NCBI GenBank assembly: GCA_019058245.1
Contig: JAHPZJ010000024.1
Location: 1 to 64,000, forward strand
From: Promethearchaeota archaeon
GTDB taxonomy: Archaea > Asgardarchaeota > Lokiarchaeia > Sigyniarchaeales > SOKP01
Reading direction: 5' to 3'
DNA length: 64,000 nt
Shown here: piece after piece, positions 30,031 through 40,392 of the stretch
How positions within the stretch are numbered: position 1 is the first letter of the stretch
How the letters are laid out: each line of letters opens with the position of its first letter
Notes under the pieces: model-generated
The model's input: only the letters and a program-made list of their open reading frames with translations
The model's database searches: none
Told to the model about the DNA's origin: nothing
Translations under genes and position numbers: made by a program

Positions 30031-32484
30031 TTAGTTAGAATCTGTTAAAATTTGTTTCTGTTCAATGATTTTTTTCCATTTTTCTAACTGTTTTAACAAC
30101 TTTTGAGTATCTGGAACTTGGGTAATTTGTTCTTTGTATATTGGATAGTATTTATACAAATTATTAAGTAGCTCTATCCAAGATTTTTGATTTTCTGTTT
30201 GACTTGGTATATCTTTTTTTAATTGGAAAATTATTCTTTTTTCTCTTTTCGTTTTGATAATTCTCAAGAAGTTTTTCATCACTAGATTTTTAAATTCTGA
30301 ATATTCTACTGGTCTAAAACTAGCTAATGAGTAGCTCATATTATCATCAGCAAATGGGAAGAATTTTATTAATTTATCTTCTGGAACTTCAGGATTATCA
30401 AGTAATTCCAGTTCGATATCAGATTTATTAAGACTCTCTAGAATAAGATATAGTTCTCCAGGATTTGTTTTTGTTTTTCGCTCAATTTGGTTCGAGATTT
30501 CAAAAATTGGGATAAAGAATTTAGGAAATTTCTCAGGATTCTCGATTCTATATATATATTCTTCTTTTATTATATTGATAATTTGAGTTTCTGTATCGAT
30601 AGCCAATTCATCAGCTGTAAAAGTTAACTGAGTATCTTTCATTTTTTCTTTATGCAATGCTTTAGCTTCTTGTTTTTTACTATAACCCGTAGAAAGAGAA
30701 GTTATAAAACCATTTGCGGCTTCACCTTCTTCTTCTCTTTTAACTAACCTGCTAGTCCTACTTTCACCTTCTAATGCTCTTTGATATATTCTTTCACTTA
30801 GATATTTTCGAGCTTTTTGTTCAGCAACACCTTTCTTTTCAAATACTTCAGTAACTGACATGAAGTCAATAATCTTTACTGACCTTCCTGATTTCTGTTT
30901 TTTTTCTGTTATCATAATATCCATATCTCTTTTTGCCAATTGATTAAGAAGATCATATACTTTTCCTTTAGATAATTGAGTAGCTTTAATTAATTCTCGT
31001 TCAATTATTTCAATAGGATAAGCTTCGCCTCTTCTTATATATTCGCTTCTAATAATTTTATATACTTTATCGAGACTTTTTTCTACTTCACTAACAGTTT
31101 CTTTCTGTAATCTCATAAACATTGAAGTTTCATGAGGTTTTATATAGTAGATTAATAGTGTAGTACCCAAGAAGAAGATCATAAGTATTGAGATGATGAA
31201 TTTATCCCACATTAAGAAAACTCCAATCCCCTCTACTTTTTGAAGTGTTATATTAGTTGCAAGAGCGAAACGTGTTAGAGTTTGAGCAAAAACGCAACCT
31301 AAACACAACAGAATTAATCCATCCTTTTTAAAGATAAATATACGCCATCCAAGGGACTTACCGAGTTTCTTTACTATACGATAAAGAAAATACATTGATA
31401 TAATAAACTCGAAAATGAAAACAAAAGACACAACAGAGCCAGTTGTACCTATTGTGGATTTAAATGCAGCTATAGTTTCATTTCGGAGCAATAAAAAGAT
31501 ACTGATTTGTAGAATTTGAAAGAAAAAAATAAAAAAAATAATCAATGAAAAAGTAAAATTATCAAAAGTGCCAGCTCTTTTAGTTTCAGCTCGTCGTCTA
31601 GTAGATACATATTCAAATATTATAAAAACTAGTGTTAAAACTAAACTAAAATAAATTAATGGCATAATCCGTGTCATTTCCATTTCATAAACAGCAACAG
31701 CATTACTAGGTTCTGGATCATTTAACCCAAAAAAATCTAAAGATAAAAAAACCAAGAAACTTCTATAAAACAATGAAATCACAACAAGCAGAGTTAAAAT
31801 AAAAAATGGAAGTATAACAGCAAAAATATATCTTGGAACTGAATACCTTTTGATGAATCTTGCTTCGATTTTTGTTGAAAATTTTCTAGAATATATATAG
31901 AATCTACTGCTTAATAGAATTAGCCAAATCATCGATAATGCTAATAAATATGTCATATAGTTAATTCCTGTTCCAATATACAGAAATATGATATATAATA
32001 TTGTAAATAAACCGCTATATGCTATTATTTGCTTAATAACAGTATGTTCTTCGAAAATATAGATTCTTATTTTATCAACACTAAAAATAAATGATAAAAC
32101 CAGAAAAAGGGCCAAAATTGTATTTGAAAACACAAAGGGACGCCCAAACATTAAGATATCAATCCATTCTGCACCTGGGAAATTAATTTTTAAAATTAAA
32201 ACCAGAGAGTAAAAAATAAATAAAATATAAAGACCAAAAAACTTTTTTTCATAAGAATATGATTTGGGTTCTTTACCCTCAATATATACTTCTTGATGAA
32301 TTATTTTATCATATATATGAGTTTTGAGTTTTGATTTAAAAGCAAAAAATTTCAATCTTAACTTAGAAGAAAATTTGTTACTCTTACTTTTTGCTCTCGG
32401 TTTATCCATTATTAAAGTTTTTGATTGGCTTTTCGCTTCAGAACCCCTTGACTTCTTTGAAGAATTAGATTGTTTATCGGACAT
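30031..32484 (-). CDS. Polytopic membrane protein with tandem C-terminal winged-helix-like domains
   Basis: About 10 TM segments over residues ~80-450, then two similar units IIRSEY...VYDLLNQL and IIKEEY...LYLILESL. Confidence 0.7.
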   Translation of the reverse strand: MSDKQSNSSKKSRGSEAKSQSKTLIMDKPRAKSKSNKFSSKLRLKFFAFKSKLKTHIYDKIIHQEVYIEGKEPKSYSYEKKFFGLYILFIFYSLVLILKINFPGAEWIDILMFGRPFVFSNTILALFLVLSFIFSVDKIRIYIFEEHTVIKQIIAYSGLFTILYIIFLYIGTGINYMTYLLALSMIWLILLSSRFYIYSRKFSTKIEARFIKRYSVPRYIFAVILPFFILTLLVVISLFYRSFLVFLSLDFFGLNDPEPSNAVAVYEMEMTRIMPLIYFSLVLTLVFIIFEYVSTRRRAETKRAGTFDNFTFSLIIFFIFFFQILQISIFLLLRNETIAAFKSTIGTTGSVVSFVFIFEFIISMYFLYRIVKKLGKSLGWRIFIFKKDGLILLCLGCVFAQTLTRFALATNITLQKVEGIGVFLMWDKFIISILMIFFLGTTLLIYYIKPHETSMFMRLQKETVSEVEKSLDKVYKIIRSEYIRRGEAYPIEIIERELIKATQLSKGKVYDLLNQLAKRDMDIMITEKKQKSGRSVKIIDFMSVTEVFEKKGVAEQKARKYLSERIYQRALEGESRTSRLVKREEEGEAANGFITSLSTGYSKKQEAKALHKEKMKDTQLTFTADELAIDTETQIINIIKEEYIYRIENPEKFPKFFIPIFEISNQIERKTKTNPGELYLILESLNKSDIELELLDNPEVPEDKLIKFFPFADDNMSYSLASFRPVEYSEFKNLVMKNFLRIIKTKREKRIIFQLKKDIPSQTENQKSWIELLNNLYKYYPIYKEQITQVPDTQKLLKQLEKWKKIIEQKQILTDSN

Positions 32485-32906
32485 TTTTTAAACAAAAAAT
32501 GTTTTTATTATAATTAGTTGTATACGAGAACTTTTAAAATTTCATAAAACAAGAATTTAAATTAAAAATAATAATTTAGTTTAAAATTATTTATCTTTTT
32601 TTAAAGATTCAAAAACATAAAATTTCGAAAATCTTAATATATTTTAAGCAATTGGTTAATCTTTAATATATACCTTGAAGTATTTAGTATTAAAATATCA
32701 ATATAAGGATTATTATGAAAATCTTTTATGATATTTTGGTACCAGCTTATATTATTTATGAGATATCTCTTAAGTGATATAATAATAGAATTATTATGTA
32801 ATAAATTAGTATCCGTATATTAAAAAACATGCAGTGTTTGAATGTAAATTTTAAAAATCTTCGGATATAAATTTAAATATAAACAATGTAATATGAAAAA
32901 TTAAAA

Positions 32907-33185
32907 ATGAAAGCAAAAGATCCTGAGAGTAAAGAAAGCTTAATCAAATTAGTTAAAAAAGCAATCGAATTACTTGCTGAAAGAAATATATCTAAAACGG
33001 TAATTTTATCTTCCTATAAGATTAATTCTGTTTTAAAAGAAAATTATGGAGTAAACATTAAGGTTGATAAAATTGGTAGAATTCTAAGTAAGATAGCGAC
33101 GTTGAATGAACTAAAGAGGCTTAATACTAATATTCCAAAGTATAAATTGCAGATAACGAAGGTTTCAAGTTTACGGTTCTTTTAA
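32907..33185 (+). CDS. Small basic winged-helix-like protein
   Basis: 92 aa; SSYKINSVLKENYG...VDKIGRILSKIA...PKYKL. Confidence 0.55.
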   Translation: MKAKDPESKESLIKLVKKAIELLAERNISKTVILSSYKINSVLKENYGVNIKVDKIGRILSKIATLNELKRLNTNIPKYKLQITKVSSLRFF

Positions 33186-33192
33186 ATTTTCT

Positions 33193-34560
33193 TTAGTTTA
33201 AGTTTCGAAAGCTAGTAATTATTTTTTGAAGTTTTTCAAGCAAATTCTTTATTTCGGAATTATTTTCTTTGAAAGGAGTTAATTCTGTATTTAATTTTTC
33301 AATTTTTTCGTCTATATTTTTCTGTAATGGTAATAGTGAATTGTTTATTTTTCGTTCAATATTTCCAGATAATTTATTTATCTGTTCGTTAGTATCTGTT
33401 AATAATCTTTTATAAATATTGATTAATTCATCAATTTGCACAATTGTTTTCTTTCTTTCCTCTGCGTTTTCAGATATAGAATTTCTTAGAGTCTTAAGTT
33501 CCTCTTCAATACTAACTAAATTTTTTTCAATTGAGATCTTTAGCTCTTTAATTAGTTTTTCCTTGAATTTACTAATATGTTCTTTTAATTCTTTATTAGC
33601 TTCAATTCGAGTATCAACATATTTAGAGACATTTTTCTTGAATTGGTATACTGTTTCATCTAGAGTTCTTTTAAACCAATTGTCTACTTTTCCAAGTCCT
33701 GAAGATATTGCTTCTTTCATTTTACTCAAAACCTTGACAATATATTCAGTTCCTTTAGAAGTTCCTTGATTCAGTCCTTCAATCCAATCTCTCATTTGAG
33801 TATTTAGCATCTCTGTAATCTCCTGAGAGAAATTTTCAGTCCCCTGTTGAAAACTTGAAATAATTGTTTTTATTTGTGAGTCACTTCTTAATTCTTTATC
33901 GATCTCTGATGGTTCTTCTGTGATAGGTATTTCTTGCAAATCTCTTGGAGGAGCTTTAACAAATTCATTTACTTCTTTGATAAGAATAGGATCTTTTTTC
34001 TGAACATCTTCTGAAAATTTTTGAACCCATTTATAATACTCTAATGAGGTTGGTTTTTCAATTCCATATTGTATCTTATGATATTTCTCAGCTTTCGAAA
34101 AATCATCTAATCGGTAGATTTCGAATCCAAGTTCTTCATTTTTGCCCATAAGAGTATGATCAAAAACAATAGCAAATCCATAAGGAAATTTTTCACCCTG
34201 AAAATATTGTAAATTCTTTGTATCACTTTCAGATAAATATAAACCCCAAGAAGGGTGAGAATGATAGTATCCTATTAAATCCGAGGAATATTTCTTTCCA
34301 ATTTCAATAAATAAATCATAAATATCTTTATCAAAACCTATTTCTACTTTATCTCCATGAGATAATGGAACTGCATTTTCCACGATAACAATATCTTCAG
34401 TAGAGTCATATTTTCCTATACAAATTCCCATTACTTCTATACTTTGTTCTAATGCTTCATTACCAAACCGTAATACATGAGTGAGCATATTTCTAAAAGC
34501 TTCCTTTTTAATGAATATCTTTCCTTTTTCACTTTTTCCCTTTGATTCCATATTCTCCAT
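33193..34560 (-). CDS. JAMM/MPN+ metalloprotease (Rpn11/CSN5-like) with long helical C-terminus
   Basis: MLTHVLR...EVMG, GYYHSHPSWGLYLSESD, AIVFD; ~240-aa amphipathic helical tail. Confidence 0.85.
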   Translation of the reverse strand: MENMESKGKSEKGKIFIKKEAFRNMLTHVLRFGNEALEQSIEVMGICIGKYDSTEDIVIVENAVPLSHGDKVEIGFDKDIYDLFIEIGKKYSSDLIGYYHSHPSWGLYLSESDTKNLQYFQGEKFPYGFAIVFDHTLMGKNEELGFEIYRLDDFSKAEKYHKIQYGIEKPTSLEYYKWVQKFSEDVQKKDPILIKEVNEFVKAPPRDLQEIPITEEPSEIDKELRSDSQIKTIISSFQQGTENFSQEITEMLNTQMRDWIEGLNQGTSKGTEYIVKVLSKMKEAISSGLGKVDNWFKRTLDETVYQFKKNVSKYVDTRIEANKELKEHISKFKEKLIKELKISIEKNLVSIEEELKTLRNSISENAEERKKTIVQIDELINIYKRLLTDTNEQINKLSGNIERKINNSLLPLQKNIDEKIEKLNTELTPFKENNSEIKNLLEKLQKIITSFRNLN

Positions 34561-34566
34561 TTTTTC

Positions 34567-36033
34567 TTATTCCTCTTTTTTGTTTAATTTTTCGATTTTT
34601 GTTATTAGATCTTTATTTTTCTTTTCCAATTCAATTACATTTTTTTGGAGAGTTTTGATTTCAATTTCTTGTGATTCTAATTTATTCTGGAGTGGTGTTT
34701 TTAAACTCTCCAATAAGATAATAGCCGCTTTTAAATTGGAAAGGAAACTTTTAGTGTCTTTATTTGAATTTATAAAATTACCAACAATTTTATTACAACT
34801 CCTAACAAAATTTTCGGATATCTCTTTAATATTTGTATCTAATTTGTCTGCAATTAACTCCTCTATAGAATTTATATTATTAGATACACTTTCTAACATA
34901 GAGTTTTGTTGATTTAAAGAGTCAGAAGATTTTAATTCCTTTATATTGATATCAGTTAGATCATCTATTTGTTTATTAAATTGATTTAGTATTGCGTGAA
35001 AACTTTCTTCTAATCTTTTTTCTATCAATAAAGAAAATTCATTATCTAGTTCTGATTTAATATTTTCAAATGATCCCTTAAAAAATTCTTGGTATGAGTC
35101 AAATTCTTCGAATTTATCATCAATATACATATCTAATTCATTTAGTTTCTCCTTAATTGAGAATTTAAAATCTTTCTGAAGTGTTGAAATGCTTTCACTA
35201 AGAGTATTTTTTATTATAATTACATCTTTCCTCATCTGTAAGTTCTTCTCAACAGTTTTTTTTATGATATCTTCACTCCAAGAATTTAAAACTGAAATTA
35301 ATGGGTCAATAGATGCTTCTACGAATTTTGTCAAACCTGCTTTTAGGGAGGATAAGATCATTAGAGAATTCAATTCTGGTTTTTTTGTTAGAATTTGACT
35401 TTCACTAGGGAATGTTATATCCCCAAATAAATCAGGCATTTCGTTAATTTCTAGTATAGGTGGTTCTTTTGAATGAACAGAATTAATTAATTCAATTAAT
35501 TTTATATAATATTGCAGACTATCAGGAGGTTCGACAGTAGTTACAACTTCATGATAACCAGACATCTGACCTTTTGCTGGATTATCTAATCTAAATGCAC
35601 GATATCCCATATCTCCAGGTTTTTCTAAATATACATGATCGAAAACAATCCCAATAGCACTTGGATTTGGGGTTTGCCACCCTAATTGGTTTCTAATATC
35701 AGTAGAAGAAAAGAATATATCTAATCCGGGATGAGAATGATACCAACCACAACTGAACCAATTTTTTTCAGCATATGCAGCATCGACCATAGAAAATGTT
35801 ATATAATCTTCTGGGGCAAAAGCAACTTCTATTGCTCCACCATGTGAGATGGGGACTGCATCTTCAATAATAAGCTCTCTTATTCCTTTTTTATCAGGCT
35901 CACCCTCTAACCTACCAATTAATATCCCCATAACTTCTTTAAACTGTCTACGGTCTCTTGCCTTATTCCCAAATCTAAGGACATGCACCAGCATTTTATA
36001 ATAAGCATCTGGTTTAATAATAACAGACGGCAT
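34567..36033 (-). CDS. JAMM/MPN+ metalloprotease (Rpn11/CSN5-like) with long coiled-coil C-terminus
   Basis: KMLVHVLR...EVMG, GWYHSHPGLDIFFSSTD, GIVFD, AFRL; helical/coiled-coil tail. Confidence 0.88.
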   Translation of the reverse strand: MPSVIIKPDAYYKMLVHVLRFGNKARDRRQFKEVMGILIGRLEGEPDKKGIRELIIEDAVPISHGGAIEVAFAPEDYITFSMVDAAYAEKNWFSCGWYHSHPGLDIFFSSTDIRNQLGWQTPNPSAIGIVFDHVYLEKPGDMGYRAFRLDNPAKGQMSGYHEVVTTVEPPDSLQYYIKLIELINSVHSKEPPILEINEMPDLFGDITFPSESQILTKKPELNSLMILSSLKAGLTKFVEASIDPLISVLNSWSEDIIKKTVEKNLQMRKDVIIIKNTLSESISTLQKDFKFSIKEKLNELDMYIDDKFEEFDSYQEFFKGSFENIKSELDNEFSLLIEKRLEESFHAILNQFNKQIDDLTDINIKELKSSDSLNQQNSMLESVSNNINSIEELIADKLDTNIKEISENFVRSCNKIVGNFINSNKDTKSFLSNLKAAIILLESLKTPLQNKLESQEIEIKTLQKNVIELEKKNKDLITKIEKLNKKEE

Positions 36034-36209
36034 TTGTTATCACGATTTATGTTTTAGATTTAGTTTGTTAATGATATATATATAATTTAATTGGTTTTAA
36101 ATATTTGAATAAAAGAATATAATTTAAATCTGATTTTATTGTCATTTCTCTCAATATATTTATAGTTAAGAAAAAATAAAATCAAAAATAGAAAATATAT
36201 GTTTAATTA

Positions 36210-36857
36210 CTAATCGTGAGGTAAGGGTTTACCACAGAAGGGACAGAATCTAAATCCCAAATCTTTTCCACAAAAAGGGCAAAATTCACTAGCTTTACTT
36301 TCAGAATCTTCTATTTCAGCCCCTTCCTTAGGTATTGAAGGTAATTGCCTTGTTGTTCTAACAGTTGGGGCTGATGATTGAGCCTCTGCCTTCCTTGCAG
36401 CTACTGTTGCTTTAAAGGCTTGTCTTCTCTCCTCCTCAAGTTCTTGTTGGCTTTTTATCTCTTCAGTTTTTACCCAACCCTGAACTTTAGGCCTTTTCAA
36501 TTCACTTTCAGGAACACTCTCTAATTCAACTTCTTTTGTTTCTGAAATAGGAGCCATAACTTTTCTCTCTTCTTTTCTCTGCAGAGATTGTTTAACAAGA
36601 GCTTGAGTAGTTTTCATAACTTGATGTGGATTAATATTAGGTATGGCTACAGTTCTAAGAACCCATCCTACAATAATATTTTGATTTGGAAAATCTCCTT
36701 CAACATCCTCATCTTTAAAAACATAGGAGTCAATAATATCCTGTCCTTTAAGCATCCGTACAGCCCATTTTTCATTAATCAGTCCTAATTGAAGTCGGTA
36801 GCTCGTTCCTGGCACACCAAGCTGACCAGATAGGGGAATAAAACCAATTTCAGTCAA
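36210..36857 (-). CDS. Hypothetical protein with C-terminal double zinc ribbon
   Basis: Globular N-terminus, charged linker, FCPFCG...FCPFCG. Confidence 0.75.
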   Translation of the reverse strand: MTEIGFIPLSGQLGVPGTSYRLQLGLINEKWAVRMLKGQDIIDSYVFKDEDVEGDFPNQNIIVGWVLRTVAIPNINPHQVMKTTQALVKQSLQRKEERKVMAPISETKEVELESVPESELKRPKVQGWVKTEEIKSQQELEEERRQAFKATVAARKAEAQSSAPTVRTTRQLPSIPKEGAEIEDSESKASEFCPFCGKDLGFRFCPFCGKPLPHD

Positions 36858-37069
36858 TATAAATCACATTTTATCTCTAAATTATATGTTTTCTGTAATA
36901 TTATAATGATAAATTCGGAATTTAAATTATTTTTTATTTACAGTAAAAATTTATCTTATAATTAAAAATTTTTATCATCACTTTAGCTATCAAAAGGCAT
37001 AAATACAAAAATTTGTATTAAATTTGCATATATTTTCCTCAGAAAAAAAAATTTAAAGAAGATTTTACT

Positions 37070-38020
37070 ATGGTTGTTATTATTCCTAAACAATGTTATC
37101 TGGCAGTGGTAGCTGCTGCGGTTAGATTTGCAAATACACGTATTCCTAAAAATGATTGGTTAGAAGTGAGCGGAATTTTCATAGGAAAGAATCAGGGCGA
37201 TGATGTAATAATTACACAAACATATCCAATAATGCATCAAGAACTGGATAAAGATGCTGTAATCGATCAATATAAATGGTCTGATGAGGATTATATTGCT
37301 TTTAGTATTATTGATGATGAAGCTTTTGAAAGAGGTGAATTTACAGTAGGATGGTGGCATTCTCATCCAGATTTTAAAGTAATGATGTCCCATATTGATA
37401 TACAGACTACTCTTTCCTATCAACAAAATAATCCAAAAGCAATTTCTTTAGTATTTAATCCTACGAGATTAATTCGACAGATTGAATTAGCTGATAAAAA
37501 AGGAGATCCGGATAAACAATTAAAAAATGATCCTGGCTTTAAAATATTCAGATTAGATGATGTAAATTCTGGTGTAGAGGCTTCATATCATACTGCAGAT
37601 TACAGAATTGAAGGATATGATAGCATGGAACAATTAATTGCGCAAACTCAGAAATTTATTATTGATATCACTAATTTTTTTCCTAAAGATAATGTACCAG
37701 ATACATATAGCAAATTCATTGATGAACGCATAGAAAAATTGGAGTCTCTCTTTCTTGGTACTGAAGAGTATTTGACCACCTTAACACATCGAGGAGAAAA
37801 ATCAAGAATTCCAGAAGTTTTAGAAAATCAAAGTCAAGAAATTCGCAAATTTGTAGCAGATACATCTGTAAAGATAGAAAATATCCGGGAATTTATGAAC
37901 TATTTAGAATATAAAGAAAGAGAAGTAATATTTCCTCAGATAGAAGAAATTATAAATAGATGGGATGAACATGTTTCTGGATTAGATAAAAGATTGAAGC
38001 AGCTTAAGAAGAGATTTTGA
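37070..38020 (+). CDS. JAMM/MPN+ metalloprotease with helical C-terminus
   Basis: EVSG, GWWHSHPDFKVMMSHID, ISLVFNP, FKIFRL. Confidence 0.85.
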   Translation: MVVIIPKQCYLAVVAAAVRFANTRIPKNDWLEVSGIFIGKNQGDDVIITQTYPIMHQELDKDAVIDQYKWSDEDYIAFSIIDDEAFERGEFTVGWWHSHPDFKVMMSHIDIQTTLSYQQNNPKAISLVFNPTRLIRQIELADKKGDPDKQLKNDPGFKIFRLDDVNSGVEASYHTADYRIEGYDSMEQLIAQTQKFIIDITNFFPKDNVPDTYSKFIDERIEKLESLFLGTEEYLTTLTHRGEKSRIPEVLENQSQEIRKFVADTSVKIENIREFMNYLEYKEREVIFPQIEEIINRWDEHVSGLDKRLKQLKKRF

Positions 38021-38144
38021 ATTAAATAATTTTCATCCTATTTTTAGTTTTGATAAATTTTTATTTGATTACGCTTTTTTTTTGATTAATTATTTGATTT
38101 TTTTAAATATATTTTCATAGAACTTATAGATCACATAAAGTATT

Positions 38145-40349
38145 ATGAAGAAAATAAATTTTCCTTTTACAGCGATTCTTGGTCAAGAGAAAATGAAAAT
38201 GGGGTTAGTATTGAATGTTATAGACCCTCAAATTGGTGGTATTCTTCTAACAGGACAACAAGGTACAGGGAAAAGTACAGCTGTCAGGTCTCTTGTAGAA
38301 TTGATGCCCCAAATCGAAGTTATAACGGGTTGTGAATTTTCATGTGATCCACATTCTGATATTGACATTTTATGTCAAAATTGTATAGAAAAGCGGGAAA
38401 ATGGTAAAATTCGAACGGAATATAGAGATATGTGGTTAGTAAATTTACCTTTAGGAGTAACAGAAGATATGGTATGTGGGTCGTTATCTATAGACAAAGT
38501 CCTTACAGAAGGGATAAGAGCCCTACATCCTGGTTTATTGGCAAAAGCGAATCGAGGAATACTTTATGTAGACGAAATTAATCTCCTTCAAGATCATATA
38601 GTTGATGTTCTTTTAGATTCAGCGGCTTCTGGTGTTAATATTATAGAAAGAGAAGGTATTTCTGTATCACATCCCTCTAGATTTGTGTTAGTTGGATCGA
38701 TGAACCCAGAAGAAGGCGATTTAAGACCTCAAATAGCGGATCGTCTTGGTTTAGAAGTAAGAATAGAAGCACCTAGAGATCCAGAATTACGTGCTGAAAT
38801 AACTAAAAGAGTAATAGAATTTGATGATCATCCAAAAGAATTTATTCAAGCTTTTGAAAATGAACAGGAAAAACTGAGAAAGGAAATTATAAATGCTCGT
38901 CAAATTTTAAAAGAAGTTCAAATACCAAGCTCAGTTTATGAATTTGTTTCGAAAATTGTAAACGAGTTGGAGATTTTTTCTCAACGAGCTGATATCACAT
39001 TTATAAGATGTGCTCGTGCTCATGCTGCATTAAACAATAGAAAAACTATAACCGAAGATGATCTTAATGTTGCAATGGATTTGGTATTTAAACACAGAAT
39101 TCAATCACTCCATTATGAAATGACACCTGAAGAAATAAAGGCTAAGATTGCTGAAGTTTATGGAAAAATAAGAGAAGCATATGAAAATACTGATATTCTT
39201 CAACCAAATAGGGAAACTGAGGGGCCTTTAAAACATGATGACAGTTCTCAAAAAGAGTTTAAACGTCAATCTGTTGATCCTGAAAAAGTCGATATCCCCG
39301 AGACAAAAGAAGAGAAATTACCCCCTCCAAAATATCCTGATAACAGAAAACGAAATCCAAAACCTGCTGGAGGTTGGAAAGTGAAAAATATTCCTCTTAA
39401 TGAGGATCTACGATTCTTTGAAGCAAAAAATGGTTCTCTTCCCTTTATTTATAAAATGGAAAAAAAAATGACGTCTATCTTAGATAATATTAGGAAAGAA
39501 CGAAAAATTTCTGATTATGGAGGAAGAGGAATAGGTAGAAGAATTAAAATATCTTCATCACAAAAGGGAAGATATGTCTCATACAGGACTTCCATAAGAG
39601 AACAACCAAAATCTATTGCGTTAGACGCTACTATTAGGAATTATCTTAAAAATATAGTATATAATGAAACTGAAATCGATTTTCCTATCCATTTTAACAA
39701 ATATGATCTAATGGATAAGATTTATGAATATCGTGCTCCGCTAGCATTATTCTTTGTATTAGATAGTTCAGCATCTATGTTTTATGTAATAAAACAAATG
39801 ACCGATGTAATTCTGTCTTTACACAGAGAGGGATATAGAAAAAGAGATAAAATTGCCTTAATTATTTTTCGTGGGAAGGAAGCAGTTGTTCTTCAAAAAC
39901 CTACTGTTAATTTTAAAATGGCAGTTAATAAGTTGAAAAAGCTCGAGGGGAAATCATATACACCAATGGCAGCAGCATTAAAAAAAGTATCTGAATTAAT
40001 AAAAATTGAGAAGCTGAAGGATAGAAATATTATTCCAGTTGTTTTTATATGTAGTGATTGCGGAGCAAATATTTCTGTAAAATATCCTGATTTAATAGCT
40101 CAGATTGAAACAGATTATACTTTAATTACAAGGGAATTAGAAGAATTGACAAAAAAATTATCAAAACAAAATATCCATATGGTTGTTCTCGAACCAAAAA
40201 AATCTTATGCAACTCACGCTTTAGGAGTACATACGTATTCAGCAGAACTTATTAAAAAAAACTTTAAAAAATATGCTAATGCTCAGATTTATAAATTTAA
40301 CAAATATAATCCTAATTCATTAATATTAGAATTGAAGAAAATCCTTTAG
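38145..40349 (+). CDS. ChlI/ChlD-like (Mg/Co chelatase-type) AAA+ ATPase fused to vWA domain
   Basis: FPFTAILGQE, GQQGTGKST, PGLLAKANRGILYVDEINLL, GSMNPEEG, Pro/charged linker, LDSSASM MIDAS. Confidence 0.88.
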   Translation: MKKINFPFTAILGQEKMKMGLVLNVIDPQIGGILLTGQQGTGKSTAVRSLVELMPQIEVITGCEFSCDPHSDIDILCQNCIEKRENGKIRTEYRDMWLVNLPLGVTEDMVCGSLSIDKVLTEGIRALHPGLLAKANRGILYVDEINLLQDHIVDVLLDSAASGVNIIEREGISVSHPSRFVLVGSMNPEEGDLRPQIADRLGLEVRIEAPRDPELRAEITKRVIEFDDHPKEFIQAFENEQEKLRKEIINARQILKEVQIPSSVYEFVSKIVNELEIFSQRADITFIRCARAHAALNNRKTITEDDLNVAMDLVFKHRIQSLHYEMTPEEIKAKIAEVYGKIREAYENTDILQPNRETEGPLKHDDSSQKEFKRQSVDPEKVDIPETKEEKLPPPKYPDNRKRNPKPAGGWKVKNIPLNEDLRFFEAKNGSLPFIYKMEKKMTSILDNIRKERKISDYGGRGIGRRIKISSSQKGRYVSYRTSIREQPKSIALDATIRNYLKNIVYNETEIDFPIHFNKYDLMDKIYEYRAPLALFFVLDSSASMFYVIKQMTDVILSLHREGYRKRDKIALIIFRGKEAVVLQKPTVNFKMAVNKLKKLEGKSYTPMAAALKKVSELIKIEKLKDRNIIPVVFICSDCGANISVKYPDLIAQIETDYTLITRELEELTKKLSKQNIHMVVLEPKKSYATHALGVHTYSAELIKKNFKKYANAQIYKFNKYNPNSLILELKKIL

Positions 40350-40392
40350 ATTACAATTTTAATTAATAAAAAGAATTTTTTGAGATATTAAT

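Noticed and set aside
38145-40349. Evidence for (bacterio)chlorophyll synthesis
   Set aside because: ChlI/ChlD-like ATPases are widespread in non-phototrophic archaea; no chlH or other pathway genes are present.
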